Shown here piece after piece: positions 38,366-47,834 of a stretch of DNA of 64,000 nt. This DNA comes from Dehalococcoidia bacterium. GTDB lineage: Bacteria > Chloroflexota > Dehalococcoidia > SM23-28-2 > RBG-16-64-32. Numbering within the stretch: position 1 is the first letter of the stretch; every line of letters starts with the position of its first letter. Both the position numbers and the translations under genes were made by a program. The stretch lies in assembly GCA_040882565.1 (NCBI GenBank), contig JBBEAZ010000024.1:301137-365136 (forward strand), in the 5' to 3' direction. Under the pieces are notes generated by a model. That model ran no database searches, was not told the origin of the DNA, and worked only from the letters and a program-made list of their open reading frames with translations.

Positions 38366-39501
38366 TCGGGGATCTCGATCCTGGAGTGGTCGCCGAGCGT
38401 CAGCGCGTAACCCGCGCCGCCGCCGTGCCCACCCGCCAACTCGACATTTCGGCCGATCATGCTCTTAACGATGGGCCAGTGCAGGTCTTCGATCCGGCTG
38501 TCTTCCATGACGATACTGTCCTCGATGCGACAGCCCTTGATCCGGCAGCGCGCATCGATCGAAGTGTTTGGACCGACGTAGGAGTCGATCACTTCAGCGC
38601 CCGCGCCGATGATCAGCGGGCCGCGGAGGACGCTGTTCTCGATCCGCGCGCCGGCTTCGATGACGACCGGCTCGTACACCCGAGTCTTTTCGTCGATCTC
38701 GCCGTCGCGGCGGTCGCTGAGCGTGCCGAGGACCATACGGTTGGCGTTCAGGATGTCGTCCATCTTGCCGGTGTCTATCCAGTAACGGTCCATCACCTCG
38801 GCGCGGACCCGGGCGCCGCGGTCGATCAGACCCTGGATTGCGTCCGTGATCTCGAGTTCGCCGCGCCATGACGGCTTCAGCGTCGCGATGACGTCATGTA
38901 CGGCTGGGTCGAATATGTAGATGCCGATGACGGCAAGGTTTCCCATCGGCTCCTTCGGCTTTTCGACGATGCGTGTGACAACGTCGTCCGTTAGTTGGGC
39001 GATGCCGAAAGCTTCCGGGTTGGAGACGGGATGGAGGAGGATCTGCGAGCCTTGGCCCGCGGCGCAGTGCTTCTCGACGTACGGCTGGATGCCGCCGAGC
39101 ACGAAGTTGTCGCCCAGGTAGAGGACAAATGGTGAGTCGCCCAAGAACCCATGCGCGGTGCGTACAGCGTGGGCGATGCCGCCGGGCTTGTCCTGCTGAA
39201 CGATCGTGATGTTTGCGCCGAACTGGGAGCCATCGCCGACCGCTGCCATCACCTGCTCGGCGGTGTCGCCAACGACGACGCCGATGTCGGTGATGCCGCA
39301 CTCGACGAGTTGCTCGATCGCGTAGAAGAGCACCGGCTTGTTGGCGATCGGCACGAGTTGCTTGGCATTGGTGTAGGTGAAGGGGCGAAGGCGGCTGCCG
39401 ACGCCGCCGCTGAGGACGAGGCCCTTGAGCGCGCCATCGGCGGCGCCACTCGCGGACGGGGCTGCGGGATCCCGGCTGGTCGTCGTGGTCGTGGTTGCCA
39501 T
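38362..39501 (-). CDS. rfbA: glucose-1-phosphate thymidylyltransferase (long form with C-terminal left-handed beta-helix)
   Basis: LKGLVLSGGVGSRLRPFTYTNAKQL nucleotidyltransferase motif plus hexapeptide-repeat C-domain; about 25-aa N-terminal extension if ATG 39501 is used. Confidence 0.85.
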   Translation of the reverse strand: MATTTTTTSRDPAAPSASGAADGALKGLVLSGGVGSRLRPFTYTNAKQLVPIANKPVLFYAIEQLVECGITDIGVVVGDTAEQVMAAVGDGSQFGANITIVQQDKPGGIAHAVRTAHGFLGDSPFVLYLGDNFVLGGIQPYVEKHCAAGQGSQILLHPVSNPEAFGIAQLTDDVVTRIVEKPKEPMGNLAVIGIYIFDPAVHDVIATLKPSWRGELEITDAIQGLIDRGARVRAEVMDRYWIDTGKMDDILNANRMVLGTLSDRRDGEIDEKTRVYEPVVIEAGARIENSVLRGPLIIGAGAEVIDSYVGPNTSIDARCRIKGCRIEDSIVMEDSRIEDLHWPIVKSMIGRNVELAGGHGGGAGYALTLGDHSRIEIPE

Positions 39502-39503
39502 GA

Positions 39504-40418
39504 TTAGACTAACGAGCGCCCTTTCGGCTGGTTATGCGTGTGCCAGAAAAGCGCGCGAATGGCGGGAATAGCACGGCCGATCCGCGTGGGATTACGCACG
39601 AAGTAGGCTGGGGCGTAGAACAACGCGTGCATCAGAAAGGCCGTGACGGCCTGCATACGGGTCCCACGCTTGCGCGCGAAAAGCAGTGCGTTGCGGCGGT
39701 AGAGGTAGTCGAAGCGGGCGTCTGGCTTTTGCGAGCGCGAGGCCTTGTGCCAGATGCGGGCCAGCGGCACGTAGTAGCAGTGGAGACCGTAAGCGCGGGC
39801 GCGAATGCACCAGTCAGTCTCTTCCCAGTAGGCGAAGTACTGCTCGTCCAGGAGGCCGACCTTCTCGATGGCCGAACGCGGGATCAGCATGCAGACGCCG
39901 TCCGCATAATCCCGGCGCTTGACGCGATCGTACTGGCCGGTGTCCTCTTCGCCGCGTCCGACCTGCGTCGCGACGGCGCGCCAGATGCTAACCTCGCCGC
40001 CGGTCGAGTAGATGACGCGCGGCCGGTCATAGAAGTTCGTGCGCGGGCAGGCCGCGGCGAGATCGGGCAGTTCGCGCGCGGCGTCGATCATCATCTGCAA
40101 AAACGTCGGGGCGACGACGGTGTCGTTGTTCAGGAGGAGAACGTAATCGCCATCAGCCTCCAGGGCGCGACGGATGCCTGCATTGGCGCCGCCGGCGAAG
40201 CCGCGGTTCTTCGACAAGCGCAGGACCTCGAGGAAGCTACCGAATTCTGCTTCGAGCTTGCCAGCCTCGTCATTGCGTGAGCCGTTGTCGACGACGATTG
40301 CACGGAAGGCGCCGTAGTCCACGGCCTGCAGGCTCTGAAGGCACTCACGAGTGTCGGCTAGGCCGTTCCAGTTGAGGATGACGATTGTGACGCTTGGTGG
40401 GGTGGTCATAGACTGCAT
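39504..40418 (-). CDS. glycosyltransferase family 2 (WbbL-like rhamnosyltransferase type)
   Basis: GT-A DxD (VDNGS, LLLNNDT), about 300 aa like dTDP-Rha rhamnosyltransferases. Confidence 0.8.
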   Translation of the reverse strand: MQSMTTPPSVTIVILNWNGLADTRECLQSLQAVDYGAFRAIVVDNGSRNDEAGKLEAEFGSFLEVLRLSKNRGFAGGANAGIRRALEADGDYVLLLNNDTVVAPTFLQMMIDAARELPDLAAACPRTNFYDRPRVIYSTGGEVSIWRAVATQVGRGEEDTGQYDRVKRRDYADGVCMLIPRSAIEKVGLLDEQYFAYWEETDWCIRARAYGLHCYYVPLARIWHKASRSQKPDARFDYLYRRNALLFARKRGTRMQAVTAFLMHALFYAPAYFVRNPTRIGRAIPAIRALFWHTHNQPKGRSLV

Positions 40419-40520
40419 ATGCGCTCGCCGGGCGGAAATTCGGCCGGGTCTGGGCGGGTGTTTGAGCGCTCGTGCTAAGTGTCGTGAACATCGCGCCTTT
40501 GGTCAAGCGAGCATATAATT

Positions 40521-43289
40521 TTGCTTGTGGACGCCCCCCGCTACGAATCCCAGATTGACCTTACCAACGAAAACAACTCGCAGACGCTCGTCATCCTACT
40601 CACTGGCGAAAACAAGCGTGTGCTGGAGACAGGCCCCGCTACTGGCTACGTCACCCGCGAACTCCAGGCTCGAAGTTGCAAGGTCACCGGTCTAGAGATA
40701 GACGAGCAAGCTGCTGCCATCGCTGAGCCATTCTGCGAGCGGATGATAGTCGGCGACCTCGAGAAGCTGGATTTCGCGGAGACGTTCAAGGGCGAGCTGT
40801 TTGACGTCGCCATCTTTGGCGACGTGCTGGAGCACCTGGCTGACCCTTGGCGCGTGCTGCGGGAGATACGTCCGTTCCTGGCGCCGGGCGGGTATATCGT
40901 AGCGTCAGTGCCCAACGTGGCTCACGCCAGCCTGCGTCTCTCAGTTCTGCAGGGCGACTTCAAGTACACAGAACTGGGCCTGCTGGACCGCACGCACCTG
41001 CGCTTCTTCACCCGTGAATCACTGGGCGAACTGTTTCGTGACACCGGCTACTCGATCATAGAGTGGCGCCGAGTCGTCCTCGACCCCTTCGCCACGGAGC
41101 AAGGGCTGCGGGAGTCAGACTACCCGCCCTACCTCGCCCAAGCGATGCGCAATGACGAAGAAGCGCTCACCTACCAGTACGTGGTAACCGCCGTGGTCAG
41201 CGATACGCCTATCGCGTTCAACGGACACGACGAGGCAGCGGTGCCTCGGACGGCACCGCTAAGCTCCGCGATGGCAGCGATCCGCGCCGAGGAGAACCGA
41301 ATCCTCGCGCTGGAACGACGCATGGCCACCATCACCGAGGGCTGGCACTCGCTGACGCCGCGCCTCGAGGAGGCGGAGGCGAAGCTGCTCAAAATGACGC
41401 AGCACGCCGGCAACCTCGGTAATGACCTGAGCCGAATGCGCAACAGCATCGGCTGGCGGCTGCTCCAGATCGCGCGCACGCCGATTCGAGTGTTGGCGCC
41501 GTCGGGAAGCCCGCAACGCCTGCCGCTGATCGCCGTGCGACGCGCGATCGGCCTCGCGGCGCGGCGCGGCCCCATGGCGCTGGTCAAGAAGGTAGCGAAC
41601 GTGCGGCAGTGGCCGGCGGTGATGCGCAACCTGCGTCGGCCCCAGGTCCCGCACATGGACCTGAACGCCGCGTACCAGATCTGGCTCGAACGATACAGCA
41701 TCACGCCCGAGAGGGCGGACCGCCTGCGCATCGAGGCGCTGACGCTGACTTACCGGCCGCGCATCAGCATCGTCACGCCCGTGTACAACCCGGAGGTGAG
41801 CTGGCTGCGCGACGCCATCGACTCGGTCGCCGGGCAGGTTTACGACAACTGGGAACTGTGTCTGGCGGACGACGGTTCGACAAAGCCAGGTATCCGCGAA
41901 CTCCTCGAGGACTACGGCTCGCGCGACAACCGGATCAAGGTGTCGTTCGCGGAGCAGAACGCAGGCATTTCAGCGGCATCGAACAGGGCGCTGGCTATGG
42001 CGACCGGCGAGTACGTCGGCTTGCTCGATCACGACGACGTGCTGACGCCGGACGCGCTCTACGTGGTGGCCAAGCAGCTCAACGAGCGCCCAGAGATCGA
42101 CTATATATACAGCGACGAGGACAAGATGGAGCTGGACGGCGGCCGCCTGGACCCGTTCTTCAAGCCGGACTGGTCACCGGACACGCTCTACTGCCTGAAC
42201 TACGCCACGCACTTCAGCGTCTATCGCAAATCGGTGCTGGACGGGGTCGGCGGGTTCCGGCTGGGGTTCGAAGGAAGCCAGGACTGGGACTTGACGCTGC
42301 GGGTGACTGAGCTGACGGACCGCGTCGCCCACATTGCGCGACCGCTGTACTCTTGGCGTAAGGTGCCGGGCTCGGCGGCGGCTGCCGACGACGCGAAGGA
42401 GTATGCGCACGTGGCCGCGCGGAAGGCGATTGGCGAGGCGCTGGAGCGGCGTGGCACTCCCGGCCAGGTGCTGGACGGCCCATACAAGGGTTACTACAGG
42501 GTGAAGTACGACATCATCGGCGAGCCGAAGGTGGCGATCGTGATCCCGACTCGCGACGGGCTCGACATGCTGCGCAAGTGCATCGACAGCATCCGCACCA
42601 AGTCTAGCTACACAAACTACGAGATCATCATCATCAACAACCAGAGCAGCGACCCAGCGACGCTGAAATACTTCGACCAGTTCGGCGGCCGCGTGATCGA
42701 TTACCCGCACCCGTTCAACTACTCGGCACAGATGAACCTCGGCGTGCGCGAGGCCGGCGCCGAGTACGTGCTCCTCCTCAACAACGACACGATCGTCATG
42801 AACGACGACTGGATCGAGGCGATGCTGGAGTACGGGCAGCGGGCTGACGTTGGCGCCGTCGGCGCGCGCCTGCTGTTCCCGGACGGCCGCGTGCAGCACG
42901 AGGGGGTCTACGTGGGTTGCGGCGGTGGGCTGGCGGGCCACATCGACCACAAAGGCTACTATGCCCTCGGTGAGTGCGTGCTCAACGTCTCGGCCGTGAC
43001 GGCAGCCTGCATGCTCGTGAAGGCGAGCGTTTACCAAGAGGTCGGCGGGCTCGACGAGGAACTGAATGTCGCCTACAACGACGTTGACTTCTGCCTCAGG
43101 CTGCGCGCTGCCGGATACGAGGTCATCTACACACCCCACGCCCGGCTAGTGCACCGCGAGGGCGGTACGCGCGGCCACCGCCACCCGGACGGCAACGAGA
43201 GCCTCTTCCGCAGCCGCTGGCCCAACTACCGCGACCCCTACTACAACCCTAACTTCGACGTCGACCATCCGTTTGCGCTGAAACTTTAG
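40521..43289 (+). CDS. trifunctional fusion: class I SAM methyltransferase, coiled-coil, two GT2 glycosyltransferase domains (WsaE-like chain elongation/terminator enzyme)
   Basis: MT motif I VLETGPATGY and ADPWRVL/PGGY post-motifs; about 60-aa heptad region; GT2 domain 1 ISIVTPVYN..DDGS..DHDD; GT2 domain 2 VAIVIPTRD..NNQS..NNDT; TTG start abuts a TATAAT box so the true start is uncertain. Confidence 0.8.
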   Translation: MLVDAPRYESQIDLTNENNSQTLVILLTGENKRVLETGPATGYVTRELQARSCKVTGLEIDEQAAAIAEPFCERMIVGDLEKLDFAETFKGELFDVAIFGDVLEHLADPWRVLREIRPFLAPGGYIVASVPNVAHASLRLSVLQGDFKYTELGLLDRTHLRFFTRESLGELFRDTGYSIIEWRRVVLDPFATEQGLRESDYPPYLAQAMRNDEEALTYQYVVTAVVSDTPIAFNGHDEAAVPRTAPLSSAMAAIRAEENRILALERRMATITEGWHSLTPRLEEAEAKLLKMTQHAGNLGNDLSRMRNSIGWRLLQIARTPIRVLAPSGSPQRLPLIAVRRAIGLAARRGPMALVKKVANVRQWPAVMRNLRRPQVPHMDLNAAYQIWLERYSITPERADRLRIEALTLTYRPRISIVTPVYNPEVSWLRDAIDSVAGQVYDNWELCLADDGSTKPGIRELLEDYGSRDNRIKVSFAEQNAGISAASNRALAMATGEYVGLLDHDDVLTPDALYVVAKQLNERPEIDYIYSDEDKMELDGGRLDPFFKPDWSPDTLYCLNYATHFSVYRKSVLDGVGGFRLGFEGSQDWDLTLRVTELTDRVAHIARPLYSWRKVPGSAAAADDAKEYAHVAARKAIGEALERRGTPGQVLDGPYKGYYRVKYDIIGEPKVAIVIPTRDGLDMLRKCIDSIRTKSSYTNYEIIIINNQSSDPATLKYFDQFGGRVIDYPHPFNYSAQMNLGVREAGAEYVLLLNNDTIVMNDDWIEAMLEYGQRADVGAVGARLLFPDGRVQHEGVYVGCGGGLAGHIDHKGYYALGECVLNVSAVTAACMLVKASVYQEVGGLDEELNVAYNDVDFCLRLRAAGYEVIYTPHARLVHREGGTRGHRHPDGNESLFRSRWPNYRDPYYNPNFDVDHPFALKL

Positions 43290-46158
43290 CGCGCTGCCGC
43301 TGGTAGGTCGCGTACAACGCTCCGCCAAGCACCAGCACCACGACCGTTGCGATGCTAATGCGCTGGCCCCAGACGTACTCGTCCGGACGGAACTGCATCA
43401 TCACCTCGTGCTCGCCGGCGGGCACGGCGATAACCTGAAGATCGTTGTCCCCGCGCAACACCTTCGCACCCTTGCCGTCGATCTTCACCTGCCAGCCGTC
43501 GTCGTAGCGCTCGCTGAGCAAAAGCCAGCCCCCAGCGCTAAAGTTCGTGCTTACCGCGAGGCTATCGCCGTCGTTGTCGGTGACCTCGGCCTCGAACGTG
43601 CCTTCTGCGGTCGTCGCCTCGGCGGTCGGAACGTCGTCTTCGGCGAACACAACCGACTGCGCCGGGTCGAAGCCGGCATCGGTGATGCGGATGAGAGCAT
43701 CGTCACGCGTCGGGACGACTTCCGACGCGCCAACGCCCCACGCGAGCGGCCTGGCGGCGGTGACCTCGTACACCATGCCGTCTGGCCCGTCGTAGACCTC
43801 CTTGGCCCAGTCACCGGGTGATCTCAGGGCGCGGTGCGTGAGCGTCCCATCGACAGGCGAGCCATCCACAATAAGCCGATTGACAGGGTTGGGGCTTTGC
43901 GGAGCGCCCCAGATGATCAGCGGCCTTTCCTTGGTCGCCGTCGGAGCCTCTATCACGATAGTTGGCGCCCCCGCGTATCCGAAGGGCAATTCAACACGCT
44001 GCCACGATCCGTCGGGCATTGAGCCGGCGTCGAAACTCGCCGAGGAGATCTCATGGCCCTGCGGCGCCTCAAGTACACGGATCGTTGCCTCGGTCCCGGG
44101 CGGTAGCCATCCTCCGTTGCTGACGAAGAACTCGACCGCGTCGGTTTCCGGCGGAACCCCGAATTGGAAGGTCTGGGTAACGTCACCGTACGCCGTGTAG
44201 GGTGTCTCCGCTGGGAGGAATTCGCTTACTGATGTCCATAACCCGGACGGGGTCGTGACGATGTACTTGACGCCGAGCAGCGACAGCAGGTTGCGGTTGA
44301 CCTCGCCGCGGTTTGGCGCGACACGGACGTAACCGAACGCGATGGCGCGGCCGGTGTCGTCGTCAGACATCATCGGGTCGAGGTAGTCGAGATAGGCTTC
44401 GTTGCGGTAGTGGTCGTACCCGATGATGGTGTTCAGCCCATAAACGTTGGGCGTGTTGCCGGGCATCACGTGGTCGCGGCCGTCTGACGCGATGGGCGCG
44501 ATGCGGAAGAAGCCTCCTTGTTCCTGAAGAAACTCGATCAGGGGAGTAGTCGGATAGAGGTCATCTTTATCGACTGTGGCGTTGTAGCCGCTACCAAAAG
44601 CGAAGAGGTCGAGGAAGGTCAGCGCCAGGAGAAAGGCCGCGGCCTGTCGCGCGAGCAGCGGCCTCAGGCAGGCCACCACCACCGTCGCCGCACCGAGCAC
44701 GATGAACGCGAGTTGCCGGTGGAAGGGCGTGCCGATCATCGTCCACGGAGCGGTGACGACACCATGCCCCTCGGTGATCCAGCGGAACGACTGGCCCTGG
44801 CCTCGGTCTATGTAAAGGACCGCGACAGCCATTAGCGCCACGGTTGCGACACCGGCGGTGACGGCCGCAAGTTGCCGGCGCTCACGCGCTGACGTTCTCG
44901 AATCGAGCAGCGCCGCAAGGCCTGCTGGGGCGACAAGAGCGACGGCTAGGTTGATCACAAAGAGCCACCGCCCCGCGGTGACCTGCTTGATGCCTGGAAG
45001 GTGTGCCAGCTCCTTGAGCGGCGGGATGCCGTAGACCTGCCCCGCTGCGAAGACGATTAGCGCTAGGCTGAACCAGCCCAGCCAGTTGCGGCGCAGGTGC
45101 CAGAGGCCAGCGATCGTGAGCGGGGCAATCGTTATCCCGATGTAGCCGAGCGCTTCGGGAGGATTGCCGAACGGCCCGAACCAGAAGTTCTCCGTGCCCC
45201 AGTAATCGGGAAAAAGGTTCGTCCAGGCGGTCTCCAGCGGCAAGTCGCCGAGGCCGACAGCGCGTCCGGTCTGGTAGCTACTGCCCGCAGCGCTCGATAC
45301 CGACGGAATGAGCGAATACGCCGCGAGCAGCATCCCGACGAGCCCAGCCGCCACGTAGCCCGCCGTGTCAGTGGCGGCTTCGCGGAAGCGCCGCGCATAG
45401 ACCGAAGGAGCCAGCCGCGTGGCACCGTAGAGCACCAGCACAGCACCGGTAACGATCCACGCCGGCACGTAGCCCAGGTATATCTCGATCGCGATGCAGG
45501 CGGCAGGTATCAAGAGATACGCGGGATTCCGCACTTCACGGAAACGTTCGAAGCCAAAAAGCATGAGCGGCACAACGCCAAGGCTGGCGGGCAGGTGAGA
45601 ATGCCCAAGCCAGACAATGAAGTGCCCGTTGAATGAGTAAATGACCGCACCGAGGACGCAGGCAAGCCAGGGGTATTTGAACTGCCAGAGTAGCAAGTAC
45701 ATCGCGAGGCCGGCCACCAGGATGATGATCAAGTGGTAGGCCGTATTGGCGACCTCGAAGGGCAATGCTTCGTAGACGTAGGCCGGCGGGTAAAATTGCA
45801 TCCCCAGCGCGTCGACGAGGAACGTATTGCGGTCGCTCGTGATGTAGTCGTCCTGCCACCAGGAGTCGCCGGTCCCGTTGTAGAGCGCGTAACGCCTGGG
45901 GTACAAGATGTCCGCGTCGTCGGTCTGGTAGGGGTTCTCAGGTGAGAAACCGTCGGGCGCGGACGCCTTCCAGGGATAGCTGTTGTACATCAAGTCGGCA
46001 GGCGAGATGATGCGCTGCTGGAGTGTCACCTGCCAGAAGAAGGCCGCGATGAACAGCATCAACACGCAAGCAGCGGCGACATGTGGGCACCGGAGAGCGG
46101 TCAGGCGGTCGAGGGGGCTACGGCGGGCCGGGGTGGTGGTTTCGCCCGCGGGCGTCAA
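43249..46158 (-). CDS. YfhO-family GT-C fold membrane glycosyltransferase-like protein
   Basis: 969 aa; about 12 N-terminal TM helices, large extracytoplasmic beta-rich domain, final C-terminal TM; architecture of YfhO (PF09586). Confidence 0.7.
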   Translation of the reverse strand: MTPAGETTTPARRSPLDRLTALRCPHVAAACVLMLFIAAFFWQVTLQQRIISPADLMYNSYPWKASAPDGFSPENPYQTDDADILYPRRYALYNGTGDSWWQDDYITSDRNTFLVDALGMQFYPPAYVYEALPFEVANTAYHLIIILVAGLAMYLLLWQFKYPWLACVLGAVIYSFNGHFIVWLGHSHLPASLGVVPLMLFGFERFREVRNPAYLLIPAACIAIEIYLGYVPAWIVTGAVLVLYGATRLAPSVYARRFREAATDTAGYVAAGLVGMLLAAYSLIPSVSSAAGSSYQTGRAVGLGDLPLETAWTNLFPDYWGTENFWFGPFGNPPEALGYIGITIAPLTIAGLWHLRRNWLGWFSLALIVFAAGQVYGIPPLKELAHLPGIKQVTAGRWLFVINLAVALVAPAGLAALLDSRTSARERRQLAAVTAGVATVALMAVAVLYIDRGQGQSFRWITEGHGVVTAPWTMIGTPFHRQLAFIVLGAATVVVACLRPLLARQAAAFLLALTFLDLFAFGSGYNATVDKDDLYPTTPLIEFLQEQGGFFRIAPIASDGRDHVMPGNTPNVYGLNTIIGYDHYRNEAYLDYLDPMMSDDDTGRAIAFGYVRVAPNRGEVNRNLLSLLGVKYIVTTPSGLWTSVSEFLPAETPYTAYGDVTQTFQFGVPPETDAVEFFVSNGGWLPPGTEATIRVLEAPQGHEISSASFDAGSMPDGSWQRVELPFGYAGAPTIVIEAPTATKERPLIIWGAPQSPNPVNRLIVDGSPVDGTLTHRALRSPGDWAKEVYDGPDGMVYEVTAARPLAWGVGASEVVPTRDDALIRITDAGFDPAQSVVFAEDDVPTAEATTAEGTFEAEVTDNDGDSLAVSTNFSAGGWLLLSERYDDGWQVKIDGKGAKVLRGDNDLQVIAVPAGEHEVMMQFRPDEYVWGQRISIATVVVLVLGGALYATYQRQRAKVSAQTDGRRRS

Positions 46159-46985
46159 ACCGCCTCCATGTAGTGGGGCACCGTCGCCATGTACTCGGCG
46201 ACGACCCGCTTGGCCGGGCCGTCAGCGGCGAGGCGGCCATGGTCCAGCCAAATGGCGCGGTCGCAGAAGCTAGTGATCGTCTCGGCGCTGTGAGAGACGA
46301 CCACAATCGTTATGCCGCGCTGTTTGAACTCGTGCATACGCTCATGGCACTTCTCCTGGAAGAACGCGTCCCCCACCGACAGCACCTCGTCCACGAGGAG
46401 GACTTCCGGATTGCTGTGGACGGCGACGGCGAAACCTAGACGAACGTACATGCCGGAGGAGTAGCGCTTGACCGGCATGTCGATAAATTCCTGCAGCTCG
46501 GCGAACTCGACGATCGCCGGGAACTGCTCGTTGATCTCACGCTCCGACATGCCGAGAATCGAGCCGTTAAGGTGCACGTTCTCACGGCCGGTAAGGTCGG
46601 GGTGGAAGCCAGCGCCCAGCTCGATAAGCGGCGAGACGCGGCCGCCGACGAACACCTGCCCCTCGCTCGGCGCGGTGACCCCGGCAATGAGCTTGAGCGC
46701 AGTACTCTTGCCGCTGCCGTTGCGGCCGATGATGCCCAACGTTTCGCCCCGCGCCACGGTGAAACTGACGTCCGTGAGCGCGCGAAACTCATCGCCCCAG
46801 GGCTTACGCGAGATGATGGCGGTGGCGAACTCGCGCAGGGTACGGCCGTCCTTCAGGAAGAAGCGCTTGGTGACGTCACGGAATTCGATCTCGGGCTCAG
46901 GATCGAGCGGATTAGATGCTGTCTGCAAATCCCTTTTCCATCTTCTTGAACAGGTAATAGCCGCCAAGGAACGTGACAACCGCAA
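46155..46985 (-). CDS. wzt: ABC transporter ATP-binding protein, Wzt/TagH type without C-terminal carbohydrate-binding module; start possibly TTG near 46928
   Basis: Walker A GRNGSGKST, signature YSSGM, Walker B LLVDEVL; only 276 aa. Confidence 0.85.
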   Translation of the reverse strand: MRLSRSLAAITCSRRWKRDLQTASNPLDPEPEIEFRDVTKRFFLKDGRTLREFATAIISRKPWGDEFRALTDVSFTVARGETLGIIGRNGSGKSTALKLIAGVTAPSEGQVFVGGRVSPLIELGAGFHPDLTGRENVHLNGSILGMSEREINEQFPAIVEFAELQEFIDMPVKRYSSGMYVRLGFAVAVHSNPEVLLVDEVLSVGDAFFQEKCHERMHEFKQRGITIVVVSHSAETITSFCDRAIWLDHGRLAADGPAKRVVAEYMATVPHYMEAV

Positions 46986-47757
46986 TCACAACGCCCAGCA
47001 AAACTTTCTCCACGTCCGGGTCCTCCCCGTAAAGCATCGTCCGGCGATAGGCGTCAATGAACACGGCATTGGGGTTGAGGTCGAAGAGGATCTCGTATTT
47101 GTCCGGAACGATATCCACCGGGTAGATCACCGGCGTCAGATAGAACCAGAGCGTGAGCGCCACACCAACGAGGAACCGGACGTCATGGAAGTAGAGGTTG
47201 AGCGCGGCCAGCGGGTATGTGAGCCCGAGCAGGAAGATGAGGTGGATGCCGAAGAGGAGGGGCAGCCAGTACGACGTGGCCTCGGGCAACCGGCCATAGT
47301 AGGCCATCAGCGCGCCGAGAATCACCAGCCCGAAGAACAGGTCGACTAGTTTCGTGAAGACGGCCGCCGTGGGCAAGACCTCGCGCGGGAAGTAGACCTT
47401 CGTGACGAGCGTCGAGGCATTCACGACGGAGTCGGTCCCGGACGACAGCGCGTTCGAGAAGAAGAGCCAGGGAATGAGGCCGACGAAGAGGAAGAGCGGA
47501 TACGGCAGGTCACCGGCCGGTTGCACCCGCAAGATCGTGGAGAATACGAACGAGAGGATGATCATCTGGCTGAGCGGGTTCACGAACGCCCAGGCATAGC
47601 CGAGGACCGATTGTTTGTACTGGCCGCGCAGGTGGCGGATCGTCATGTGCCAGAGCAGGTCGCGCCGGCGCCAGAAGCCGAGCAAGTTCGCGGCCATGTC
47701 GAACGGGCCGGTGGCAGTGGAAAGCGGTTGCCTGCGGAGGGATTGGGATCGAGCCAT
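46912..47757 (-). CDS. wzm: ABC-2 type polysaccharide export permease
   Basis: 281 aa, 6 TM helices, ABC-2 family pattern. Confidence 0.8.
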   Translation of the reverse strand: MARSQSLRRQPLSTATGPFDMAANLLGFWRRRDLLWHMTIRHLRGQYKQSVLGYAWAFVNPLSQMIILSFVFSTILRVQPAGDLPYPLFLFVGLIPWLFFSNALSSGTDSVVNASTLVTKVYFPREVLPTAAVFTKLVDLFFGLVILGALMAYYGRLPEATSYWLPLLFGIHLIFLLGLTYPLAALNLYFHDVRFLVGVALTLWFYLTPVIYPVDIVPDKYEILFDLNPNAVFIDAYRRTMLYGEDPDVEKVLLGVVIAVVTFLGGYYLFKKMEKGFADSI

Positions 47758-47834
47758 ATCAGAGGTGACAACGCGAAGCGTGGATGCGCGGGTTCGCTCG
47801 CCTGATGTTATGCGCCGCCTTCAGGCTGAGGCAA

